DNA from: Camelus dromedarius
Lineage: Eukaryota
Reading direction: 5' to 3'
Length of the DNA: 64,000 nucleotides
Assembly (NCBI RefSeq): GCF_036321535.1
Contig: NC_087436.1
Span: 88,352,001 to 88,416,000 of the forward strand
Below the pieces are notes generated by a model. That model worked only from the letters and a program-made list of their open reading frames with translations, was not told the origin of the DNA and did not search any database. How positions within the stretch are numbered: position 1 is the stretch's first letter; each line of letters opens with the position of its first letter. The position numbers were made by a program, and so were the translations under genes. Positions 24,722-36,700 of this stretch are shown in pieces.

Positions 24722-25163
24722 CAGCACTGTTGAAGAGAAATTAAGTGAGTCCTTAATGTAATTTTAAAGTTTCTAGTAGCCCCATTAAAAAACCCAAAAC
24801 ACAATAGGTGAAGTTAAACTTAATTGTGTATTTTGTGTAACCCAATGTATAGAAAATACTATAATTTCACCATGTAATCATATAAAAATTATTAATAAAA
24901 TACCAGAAAAAACTCAGGAGCTTGATATGAGCAATACAGTACAATGCAATACAATTCAGTATCTTACAAGGTGCAGGGGAAAAAGTAAAATGTACTCCAA
25001 CCAAAAAAGTTAATGGAAACACTATGTTGTTTCAGTTTAAAATTTTAAATTAAAATGAATTAAAATGAAATACAATTGAAAAATTAGTTCCTAAGTTGTA
25101 CTGGCCACATATCAAGTGTCTAATAGCTATTTGTGGGGAGTGGCTACTATATTGAGTGGAGCA
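24722..25163. mobile_element. hAT-Charlie MITE (MER33/MER3-like)
   Basis: cagcactgttgaagagaaat...ttctagtagccccattaaaaaa...ggccacatatcaagtgtctaatagc...gtggctactatattg. Confidence 0.65.
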
Positions 25164-25278
25164 GCACTATAGCAAAAGTTCTTCTCTGTCTCCAAAGGCC
25201 TGGGGACTCCCAGGTACTCCATCCCCACCCTATCCCTCGACCCCTCTCAGTCCCCATGTCATCTTCCCTGCCTATGCC

Positions 25279-25430
25279 CAGGGCTGCCACATATAGTTGT
25301 GCAGGTTATACACTGCATAACTCTGGGATGTCATTCACATTGTCGATCTGGTAGATTTGTTTACTGTGACACATGGAAGTAAAATTTCTAAAGGAAGAAA
25401 CGCTTTTTCGTAATTCACACGAAGGCATTT
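25279..25430. mobile_element. MER91-like hAT-Tip100 fragment
   Basis: cagggctgccacatatagttgtgcaggttatacactgcataac terminal motif. Confidence 0.5.
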
Positions 25431-25859
25431 TTGCGGGGGTGATTGAAGTCCTTTTTATACTTTCTTAGCATTCCAGCAGATGGGCCCAGGTTTGGTTCTC
25501 CAGTACGCTCAGTGCGTTCCCAGTGCCCACAGCCTGTGGCTGAAAGCAAGGAAGCAGCTTCAGTCAGCCTCCCCCTCCCCCAAATAATGTCACAAAGCCA
25601 CAGTCACCTTGGAGCCATGCATCTCATTCATAATTGTATCCCCAGTGCCTGGCACGTGATAGATGCTTAACACATTTATTGATTTGAATTGTCATCTCAG
25701 AGTTCGCTCAGGGCCCCTGTGCTGTATCCTGAGTTGCCCTGATGAATCTTGACCCAGCGCTGATTTATCCAAGTGCTGACCTGGCTGTCTCTTTCACCGA
25801 GTTACAGCTCAACTTTCATGTGGTGCCCTTGTTCCAGATGATAATTGTCATAATTGTTA

Positions 25860-26090
25860 TTGTTACTAATAACAGCATTGATCACTTTCTGGCAAGCATT
25901 GTGCTTAGCAGTTTATGTGCTTTATTTCATTTAATCTTTCCAAACACCTCTAGATGATAGGTACTATTATCCTATTTTATAAGGAGGAAACTGAGGCACT
26001 GAGAAATTAAGTAATTTACCTGAGGTCACACAGCTAGTAAGTGTCAAAGCTGAAATTTGAAACCAGTTCTGTTTGACCAGCTCAAAGCCC
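25860..26090 (-). mobile_element. MIR SINE
   Basis: gaggaaactgaggcactgagaaattaagtaatttacctgaggtcacacagctagtaag. Confidence 0.75.
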
Positions 26091-26159
26091 TTCTATGGTT
26101 TAAGTAAGGAGACTGGCCTTTTTTGGTCTCTGGGGCCAGGCTGACCAGTGACCACACTG

Positions 26160-26660
26160 TCTAGAGTGGACTTATTATTTGTTTGCCCAGACTTCCTTCC
26201 TCTGGGGGACCTCTCTGTCCACAAGTCATGTGGTTTGGGTGGGGCTGACACCAACCCCAGCAGTGGTCATGTGACTCAGCTTTGGCCAGTCTGAGACGTG
26301 CCTCCTCCACCTGACCAAGTGATTGGTTCAGAGGTTAGCACATGACCCAGGCTCCCTCAATCAGGCTCCTTTCCTGCTCCAGTTTAGGAAAGGAGGCATT
26401 CTTTTCCTTTGGGATTTTTTTCTTTTTGCTGCTGGAGTGACGTAACCTGGAGCTCCTGGTGGCCGTCTTTCCACTAAATGGAGGAAGCTGTTTGAAGTAG
26501 GAGAGAATGTACGAGGCCAGCATGCAGTGAGAAGTAGCGCTGAGCGGTGGTGAGAGCACAGACAGCATCATTTGAACCCCAGGATTCAGATGTGCCTGAA
26601 GCATCCCGGCACTTCTGGTTATGTGAGCTAATACACGCCTTTGCTTGTTGTCGTGTGCTT
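26160..26660 (+). mobile_element. Old ERVL-type LTR (LTR16/LTR33-like)
   Basis: ggtcatgtgactcagc...gattggttcagaggttagcacatgacccagg...ttatgtgagctaatac motifs. Confidence 0.5.
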
Positions 26661-29519
26661 AAATCTAGTTATTTGCCATTGAAGACCTTGCGTAATATAT
26701 AGACTTTGCAGAGGTTTTTGTCTTGGATTCCCCCTCGCCATTCTCTGTCTACCTTTTGGATGAGCTCACTACTTCTCGGGCCTTGGTGCCTACTGCTGTC
26801 TGCCCTGAGCCTGAAAGGCTTTGATCCCTGTAGACTCTGTGCGTGTTCAGCTTGCTTCTTCCCTTTCAGGTCTGAGCTCTGCCCTAGTGCAAGGAGATAC
26901 CACACCCAGCTCCTTTTCAGTATGCCCCCAACTCATTGCCCTCATGGCTCAGCCCACACACAGGGATAAAGATTGCTCCATGAGTGAAACATTAGAGAAA
27001 TCTGTTCTTTGTAGACATTAGAAGAATTACTCATCAACCTCCTTTTAAACATTGATCAAAGACTTGAATGCTTAACTCATCTGGCCTCTGACACTATCTG
27101 GGATCTTCGCCAGTTCAGGCCAGAGCTGTGCCTCGTATCCCCAGTTCCCTTGGCTCCAAGCCTTTCTTATCAGCTGTCTTCTTATGCACTCTCAACTCCC
27201 CTGTGATTCTGAGCTTGCATCCTTCTACTGGCTTCCTTCCCAAATCTTTCCAGCGGCCCGCTGAGGGCATTGTTCCATTGTGAATCATCATTCCCACACC
27301 CCGGCCGCCTCCCAGAGTCAGAGCACTCCCTTATCTGCAGCTCTCTCTGCTGCTGCCTTCTCCTGGCTTCCTCAGGCTACTTTCAGGTCATGCCAGAACC
27401 CGTTCTCCTTTAGAGCTCAAGCCATTCGTGCAAATAGCCTCCTGGTTTCTCCTTTTATCACCAACCTCTTGGTCATTCTCCCTGGGAGACTCACCTGGTT
27501 CATGGTCTTCTCTCCCAACTCTGCCGTCTCCGCATTCATATATACAACTAACTTCACATGTCTGCGGTAAGTTGTGCATGTGCCTCGAGGTAGTTAAGGG
27601 GAGTAGCTAATTGTGGCTGGAGTGGGAAATAAGGGAGACTGCTTAAAAGTGATGACCTGTGATCAGGACTTTAAAAAATGAATGGGATTTAAACAAGGAA
27701 GGGCTCTTCTTGGCAGAGAGAGCAACCCCAACAAAGGCATGGGGATTTGAAAATGTTTACTTGCTTGAGCTCTTAGAAATCAATAATAAGATGGGAAGAG
27801 GGAACCCAGATTAGATTTGACATGATTATATTTACTTAAGATTAAGGAATAACCCTAAGAAGGGTCCAATGTGGAGAATAAAAGAGAAGAACCAGCCTTT
27901 ATTATAAAAGGGAGAAGGATTTTGAAATGTTTTTAGGCATAGGATGATACTGTAAACTTCAAGACTGAAACCTTGTTGGATTGATTATAAAGGAAGAGGA
28001 ATAATTAAAGTGGTTTAAGAAAGTTCATAATATGACTAAGGATATAGAAAGAAGGGATAGTGGAAGAAAAGGTGGGAGGATTTGCAGAGCAGACTGGGAT
28101 ATGGGGGAGCAGGGCAGAGAAACCAGGCAGGACGTCTGCTGCTTAGGAGGTGGGAGAGACTGAGGCCCTGCCTGGCGACGGGCGGTTTGAAGGTGTAGGA
28201 TGCTGGGAGAAAACAGCCGCATACTAGATATGGATCAAATTAGTTGGCCTTTTAATTACCTTATATATAAAGAGAAAGATGTTTATTTCATCATGGTAAA
28301 AATGACTTAAATTACATAAGCTTAAAATGTTTCTCAAACTGTTCTGTAGATTACTACAACTCTGGGAGATGTTAATAAGTTTCAAAAGAAATAGAATGAG
28401 TTCTGTGATCAAATAAGGTTGGGAAATACTGTATTCTATATGATTCACAGAACCTATTCAGATAATAACCGTTCGGAGAATTGTGCACAAGGAACCAGTT
28501 TGACGTTGTTTAACCCAGCTTTTCTTAAATGTATTTGTTCATTCATTCAGCCAGCATGCATACTATGTGCATACTATGATAGTATGTTTTGGTCACCGTG
28601 CTGGCTGCTGGTCCTACAGTGGAGAATTAAATCAGCACATGTCCCTGCCCTTGTGAGATTATGGTCTGGTGTAATCTGACAGGTTCCTCATGTTCTGAGA
28701 AACACAGTTTGGGAAGCTTTGAATTAAGTTGTTTAGATATTCTTGTTTGTGCTCTGGAATGGAGCAGAGTGATTATCTGCCTGCCTACCCTCTGCCTCCA
28801 TGTCTCTACGTTACACCAATCCCCCCACTTCTTTGCAGAATGTTTCCTGCACCTCCTGCCTTGGGGGTGGCAGAGCTGATGACAAGGTCACTTTCAGGTC
28901 TGGGAAGTTGGTGACTTGTCCAAGGTCACCCAGCTAGTTGGTGGCAGAACCAGGGCCAGAACCCAGCTCTTCAGACTCTAGGTCCTGTACTCATTACATT
29001 TTTGGTGAGAAGGGACAATCTGAAATGCCTAAAAATTGAAAAAAAATTAGGTTGACTCATCAGGTTGAGTGAGATACTAAGGATTATGCCATTTACTCAT
29101 TAGTAGCAGGGCTGGTTTAGATACCACCACCACCACCACCTCCACCACCGTCACTGTCATCACTGATGTTGAGTAATCACTATGATCCACGTACCATGCT
29201 GAGTACTTTATATATATTTTAGTTTGTACAACTCTGTGAAGTTGTAATTATTCCCCCATTTTATAGATGAGGAGACAAGCTCAGAGAGGTGAGTGGTGTA
29301 TCGACGTTTACGTAGCAAGGAAGGGGCAGAGCCAAGCTTCTGTTCAACGCTCTTTTCAGTGTCTGCACTCTTCACTTCACTTTATATTAGGTGAAATTTT
29401 TTTCTCTGCTTCTAGAATTCCCTCTCAGAATCAGTCTGTCTTTTCTCCTTTGCCATTTCAGCTAGCCTGGCTCCTTCTCTTTGTAAAAACCTGATTTCAG
29501 AAAGGATCTGATCATTTAT

Positions 29520-31620
29520 TTATTCCATGTCAGGTAGCATTCATCAGATATTTAATGAGTACCTACTATGTGAAGGGACTGTTTTAGGAGCTGAGGATCC
29601 TTCAGTGAACGTATAGACGTGGTTCCTGCTCATGTGGAATTTATAATAAATGGGGCGATCACACGATTAAAAATAAATATTCAATAAAAATGTCACATAG
29701 TGATAAGTATCATGAAATTAAAATATGGATCTGAGAGTGACTGGCTGTCTACTTTAGGCTGTGTGGAAGGCCTTTTTGTGAAAGTGACATTTAGGTTGGT
29801 GTTTGAGTTATAAGAAGTTACTGGTTAGAGACCAAGCAAGAGGGAGCAGGTGGGATGATTTTCTAGGTAGAAAGAACATAATTTGCTAAGACTTCCCCAT
29901 GCCATGAGTTTGTCCTGTGTGAAGGACAGGAAGAAGGCTGGTGTGGTTGACTCATAGTGGGCCAGGGGGAGAGTGGTACTAGATGTGGTTGAACAAGGAG
30001 GTGGTATGCTAGGTTAAGAGATTAGGTTTTAGTCTAAGTGCAGGGAAGCCATTAGAGGGTTTAAGCAGAACTGAGGACATGAACTGATTTATAGTTTTAA
30101 AACTTTGAGTTGATTGATGAATGGGAAAGACTTCTAAGAAGATAAGGAAGGAAGCAACGAGACCTGATAGAAGGATGTTGCAATAGTCCTGACAAGCGAT
30201 GATGTCTGTGTCAGTTATTGCCACAGTAATGCCATGTAACAAACATCCCCATAAACTTAGTGGTATATAGGAATAAGGATTTTTTTTTTGCTCATGAGTC
30301 AGCAGGATGGCTGGGTAGTTCTGGGCCAGGCTTGGCTGATCTTGACTGGGCCTGCCCGTGTCTGATCAGCTGTGGATCAGATAAGCAGATCTGCCATATT
30401 GCCTGGCTCCTCTGATGTGTTTGGGAGGGCCAGCTGGCTGTTGCCTGTCTAGGATGGCCTCAGCTGAGATGGCTGGGACAACTCTTCTCTCCTCTGTGTT
30501 TATGTTACATCCCTGTGGGAGGCTAGCCTGGGCTTATTCTCAGACTGGCCCACTCATAGTCTCATGGTGACCACAAAGAAGCAAGAAAGGAAGTAGAAAT
30601 GAGCAAGCAGGTTTTTAAGCCTTAGCTTGTGTCAAATTTGCCAGTGTTCCATTGGTCAAGGCAAATTACATGAGTACATCCACAGTTAGTATGGGAGAGC
30701 ATTGCCAAAGAGCAGGGACACAGAGAGGTGTGAAAAGATACAAGGAGGTATGAAAATCAGGGCCATTAGTGCAATCAACCTATTACACTAATGAGAGAAG
30801 AGTGAAGTAGAGACTTGACTATTCAGGTTTAGAATATTTTGGAGGTACAGTCCAAAGACCATGCTGATGGATTAGACTTGAGGTGTGAGAGAGAAGAATG
30901 AATCAAAGATAACTCTTAAGACTTTTGGCTCAACAGCTGGGGAGATGGTGAGACCATTTATTCAGATGGCAAAGACTGGATAAAGAGCAAATTTTAGGGG
31001 ACTATCTAGCTTTCTGTTTTAGCCATATTATGTTTGAGATGCTGGTTGGATATTCAAATAAAGATGTCAGGTTTGCAATTGGATATATAATTCTGAGGTT
31101 CTTGGGGACAGGACAAAAGATGTAGAATTCAGAGTTATCAACATATAGATGGTATTTAAAGCCATGTAACTGGGTGAGGCCACCTCTGAGGAGTGTAGAG
31201 ATGAAAAAGCAAAGCAAGCCCGGGAGAGAGCCCTGATGCACACCAGTGTTTATAAGTAAAGCAAAAAAGTAGACACCAGCAAAGGACACTGAGAAGGTAC
31301 GGCCTCTAAGATCAGAGGAAAATCCAGGAAACTTTGTGTCACAGAGAACCAAGAGTAACGAAGCATTTCAAGGAGAGACTGGTCAGCTGTGTTGAACATT
31401 GCTGGAGGTCAAGTGATATAAGAACTGAGAAGTGACCACTGGGTCTGGCAAGAAGGCTGTTCCTGGTGACCTTGGCAAATGCAATCTTAGTGGAATGATG
31501 AAGACAGAAGCCCAACTGAGCAGTCTGAGGAAAGCACATGAATTGAGAAGCAGAGACAGCAACCCTAATCCTATCTTTCAAGAGCTTTTGCTGTAAAGGG
31601 ACTCAAAAGTAGCATGGTGG
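29520..31620 (-). mobile_element. L2 LINE with nested MaLR LTR
   Basis: L2 3' end (tcatcagatatttaatgagtacctactatgtg); degenerate RT motif TGVHQGSLPGLL...YHLYVDNS in ORF 31002-31352(-). Confidence 0.8.
30209..30787 (-). mobile_element. MaLR LTR (MLT1G/H-like) nested in L2
   Basis: tgtgtcagttattgccacagtaatgccatgtaacaaacatcccc...tgcaatcaacctattaca. Confidence 0.7.
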
Positions 31621-32078
31621 TAGGGGGTGAATGTGGGTCGAGGGGATGGTTTATGTTTGGGGACATAAGTGATGCTACTGTACCAAAGGGGATGATGAAC
31701 TAGAGAGCAATCAGGTGCACTGAAAAGAGGAGCAGACCACAGGTCAGAAATATTTGAGATTGCAAGAGAGGATGGGACTGAAAATTTAGAGGAAGCTTAG
31801 TCAGTGTGTTGCCTTCTTCAGGGGTATTTGGGTGCTATGTTTTATTTCTAATTTTGGAATGAAGGGGTATATTTACCACTGGAACAATTTCAGCCATCAG
31901 CCAAGGTAGGGAAGAACATGAATCCTGTTGTAGCACTGGGCAGATTGAATGCCCTCCGCTAGGCTCACTCAGCTACCATTGTAGAGGAGAGACCTCTCTG
32001 GAATTATTCTTTCTGTAGGTGGTTCTCAGTGTTTCTTATAATGATAGTAAAGCTGATAAATTCAGTTTCTTAGATTTT

Positions 32079-32133
32079 TAAAAAATTGAAGTATAATTGA
32101 TTTACAATATTGTATAAGCTACAGGTGTACAGT
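32079..32133 (-). mobile_element. 55-bp L1 3' tip
   Basis: ttgaagtataattgatttacaatattgt...caggtgtacag between perfect 15-bp TSDs agtttcttagatttt (32064-32078, 32134-32148). Confidence 0.88.
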
Positions 32134-33929
32134 AGTTTCTTAGATTTTGATATGGGTAGTAAGTTGGGCAGGTCCTGGGCAGAGCTAAGAATGGAATGTG
32201 AATTAATGTGCCACTTCCTTGTCCAGGATTTTGTACTGGTATGACAATGCCAGTATCAAGTACTAGTTGCACCCAGCAAGTAGGTATTACCATTTATGCA
32301 TACACTAGTAGACTTTAAGGTGATTGGTTAATGTACTCCAGTAGATCCTAGACCAGGCACGCGTTCTATAATTCCAGCTGAGTGATAGAAGTTTTGCTTT
32401 TTATGCTTTTTAAGCCAGTGTAACTTTAATTTTAAAGTATAATGTAAAACAAAAATATTAAATAAATGGTAATTTAAAATGTGTCTTGTATAAGTTCAAG
32501 AGTACATTTGGTGGTATTTAAGCAACTATTTTCATCATCCTTCCCAGAGTTTGTGCTCTGTGTGTGGTGAGTGAGGATGGTGGTGTGAAAAAAATGCAGT
32601 ACCCTGTCTTAGAGTGTCTTCACAGCCTTGGGGAGATTTTTGTTCAATTCCTTTGAATCTCCTTTGCTGTTTCACTCATTTAAGATAATGGTGTCTACTC
32701 GTGTAATTCATACTGTGAACTGAGAACCACACCTGTCACCGCTCTGCCTTTTACAGCTTCCTGATTTGGTGGCAATAATACTGAAAAGGACATCTGCTCG
32801 GGTCTTCGTAATTCATATATATAGCAATCTGAGGACTGTTAGTTCAATGTTAGCAGAAATATCATGAAATTAAGAAGCAAGATTTAAATCAGATGAAGTC
32901 AGAATCTCAAAATGTGCACTCTTGTAGTGTGAAGCCATAGATCTTTGGGACTGTTGGTGCTTTTCAGATATATCCTCCTGAGAGACTTAATATAATTAAA
33001 AATACTTAGCCCATTAGGAATGTCTATTAGCCCTAATTTTTTTTACAGCGGATATATTGATCATCATCATTATTATTAATGTAATATTTACATTTCTGTC
33101 AAATACTGGAGAATAACTCTTAAACTGAATTCCATTCAACTTTTGCAGAAACTGAGCTTAAGATAGTGTTTAAAAGGTAGAGATCAAGGATCATATTATC
33201 TGTTTACCTTTTTCTATATTTTATTTCTGTTTCTTGAGCTAGCAAGAAAATAACCTATCTAGCTCAGCCCACACAGAAATGCTTTTATAAGACTATATTT
33301 ACCTAGCTGTAATCAAGTGTTAATATAAGAAACAGCCAGGTGAGGAATATTTTTTTAATTTCTGCCCAAACTTCTATTGAAGATGTATGACATAATATCT
33401 TTCATTGTCCTTTATGATCCCATAAACTAGTTTGTCTTTAGAGTTTAAAGACAGGGAAAGTTTTTCTTTTGATAAGTTGTTGTGTATCTTAAGATAACAA
33501 ATTACTGTCCTATGAAGCATTATGTTATCCTTTGTTCCCTGGATTTTGAGACGCTCCAAATTTAATGCTGTATTTATCAGCATATAGTAGCATTGTAGCA
33601 TATGTGCATTTGACTTGAGGAAATTCAAACTCCATAGGTTAACAAAGAGAAGAGAGAAAGAAACCACAATTTAAAGAGAGTAGGTGCTTTTATTCACTGT
33701 TCTACTCTGTGAGCATATACCCCAGAGGGTGTGTGCATTGGGAGTTGCATGGACCTCTTGCTGCCTTGTCCGCCTTAGTGCCCAAAGCTTTTTCCATGAG
33801 CATCTCAGTGCTGAATGTTATTTTAGTCGTTAAAGGTTGCTCTTTCATGCAAACTGTCCCTTGAATCCAAGCCATCTACTTTATCTGATGCTAAACCAGA
33901 ATATCAAAAATCTGTTTTTCTCTCTGCTA

Positions 33930-34350
33930 GATTATTAGATTGTTTGCAAAAAGACCTCCATGATTCCTCTCCCGGTATCTACTCCACCTTGAGGAATCAC
34001 CTCCCATTCTGACTCTGGGCTTGGCCATGTGACTTGCTTTGGCCAATGAGATAATAGCAAAGGTAAATCATTCAGAGATGTGAAATGTGTTGTGTATTGG
34101 GGCTTGCCCACTTATTGCTCTTAGAATCTTGGGAACTACACATATAAACCCAAGTTGTCCTGTTGAAGAGGCACATGGAAGAGAACTGAGGTGTCCTGGC
34201 TGACAGCCTGCAAGTGCTAGGAACGTGAGTGAGCCATCCTAGACATCCAGAATTGCCCACCCAACAGAATTATGAGAAATAATCCATTTTTACTGTTTTT
34301 ATGCTAGTAATTATGGAGTGGGGTTTTTCGGTGGTTGTTACTGGATATAA
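33930..34350 (+). mobile_element. MaLR LTR (MLT1F-H-like)
   Basis: ctctgggcttggccatgtgacttgctttggccaatg...cagaattatgagaaataatcc. Confidence 0.7.
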
Positions 34351-34619
34351 CTTCCAGTGTTGAACATTTTTGCTGATGCTGGTGGACATTTCTGCTAATG
34401 CTCTGCTGCAGAAGAGACAGAGTGGCCGTGTCTTCTGTGGAATATTTGAGGTTAATTTTGATTAATATTCAGTTTTTGCTGTGTGTACTGATGTGAGAAC
34501 CAACCCCCAGGTAAGCTTTGGTTCTACTTGGTTTTTTTCTTCTTTTTGGTTTCTAATTTCTCCTTTTACTTTTAATTCTTACCTGTGTATTGTTTACATG
34601 TTGTACATGTGTTTTTCCT

Positions 34620-36500
34620 TAAATTTCTTATAGTGAGAATAAATTCAGGTAACAAAACCCATCATTTGAACCACTTTAAAGAGTACAATCCAGTGGTTTT
34701 TAGTATATTTACAATATTGTACAACCGTCACCACTATCTAATTCCACAAGATTTCTATCTCACACACACACACAAACACACACACAAAAAACCCGATACC
34801 CTCCCATCTCTCCCTTCATCCCACCCAGTTATCTACTTTCTTTCTCTATGGATTTGTCTATTCTGGACATTTCATATAAATGGAATCAATAAAACATGTG
34901 GCCTTTTATGTGTGACTTCTTTTACTTATTATAAGATTTTCAAAGTTCATTCACGTTGTACTCTATATCAGTACTTCATTCTTTTTTATGGTGGGATAAC
35001 ATTCCATTATATGGAGGTACGTATTTCATATATATATATATATATAAAACACGTATCTCCATTCATCAGTGTATGGATATTTGGGTTGTTTCCACTTTTG
35101 GGCTATTATGACTAATGTTACTATGAGCATTAGTATATAAGCTTTTATGTATGTTTTCAGTTCTCTTGGGTATATTCTTAGGAGTGGAAATGCTGGGTCA
35201 TAACTTAACTCTATGTTTAACTTTTGAGGAACTGCCAAACTGTTTTTCACAGTGGCTGCCCCATTTTACATTCTCACCAGCAGTGTCTGAGGGTTCCAGT
35301 TTCTCCACATTCTTGCCAATCCTTCTTATTCTACCCTCCTACCCCCCCCCCCTTTTTTTTTTATTATAGCCATCCTAGTGTGTGTGTAATAAGATCTCAT
35401 TGTGGTTTTGATTTGCTTTTTCCTAATAACTAATGATATTGAGCATCTTTTCATGTGTTTATTGGCCATTTGTACATCTTTGGAGTAATATCTGTTTAAG
35501 TCCTTTACCCACTTTTAAATTGGGCTTTTTAAAAATTGTTCAATTGTAAATGTTCTTTATCTATTCCGGATACTAGACTCTTAGCAAGTTTCTCATTTGC
35601 AGATATTTTCTCCCTTCCTGTGAGTTGTCTTTGCACTTTTTTGATAGTGTCCTTAGACGTACATAAATTTTTAAGTTAAAGTCCAGTTTATCTGTTTTTC
35701 TTTTGTTGCTTATGCTCTTGGTGTCGTGTTTAACAAACCACTGCCTATATAATGTGTATGTGCAGTCAAACTGTAATAATTCTACCTAATAAAACTGAAA
35801 AAGGGGAAAAAAAATTTCAAGATTCAAAAAAAAAAAAAAAAAAAAACAACCAAAACCATTGCCTAATCTAAAATCATGAAAATTAACAGCTGTATTTCTT
35901 TCTGAGAGTTTTTGTAACTTTAGTGCTTACATTAAGTCTTTGATCCATTTAGAGATCATTTTTGTGTATGGTGTGAAGTAGGGGTCCAAATTCATTCATA
36001 TCCAGTTGTCCCAGCACCATTTGTTGAAAAGACTACTCTTTCCTCGTGGAATGGTCTTGGCATCTTAGCTAAAATCCATTCACCATAGATGTATGATTTT
36101 CTTTCTGGACTCTCAATTCTATATCGTTGATCTGTGCATCTGTCTTAGTGTAGTTCCACACTGTTTGGATTACTGTAATACTGTTGTAAGTTTTGAAATT
36201 GGGAATGTGAGTCCTCCAACCTTGCTTTTTTTTTCCCCCCTCTGAGGTTAACTTGGCTATTGAGCATTACTGTATGAGTTTTAGGATCAGCTTGTCCATT
36301 TCTGCAAAAAAAAAAAAAGGCAGTTGAATTTTGATAGAGATTGCATTGAATCTGTAGAGCCATTTGGAAAGCATTTCAACCCATGAACATGGATGTCTTT
36401 CTGTTTATTTAGGTCTAATTTCTTTCAATAATATTTTGTAGTTTTCAGTGCATGAGTCTGACACTTCCTTGGTTAGATTTTGTTCATGTATTTTTATTGT
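34620..36500 (-). mobile_element. L1 (L1MB-like) ORF2 end/3'UTR
   Basis: Degenerate ORF2 C-terminus (IELSYDPAFPLLRIYPRELKT...KWKQPKYP) and antisense L1 body. Confidence 0.85.
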
Positions 36501-36654
36501 AAGTTGTCTCAATTTCTCTCTGGATATGCACAAGGTATAAATTAAAAATCAATAAAAATAAAATTTTTTAATATAGCCTGTCAGCTATTTAATGTAGCCA
36601 GACTTCTACTATAGAAGTCTAGGAGTAAGGACACTGGAGTTCTAGCCTCAAAAG

Positions 36655-36700
36655 TATTATTATTATTATTACTACTATTACTATTACTATTATTATTATT
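36655..36700. repeat. (TAT/TAC)n trinucleotide microsatellite
   Basis: tattattattattattactactattactattactattattattatt seen directly. Confidence 0.9.
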
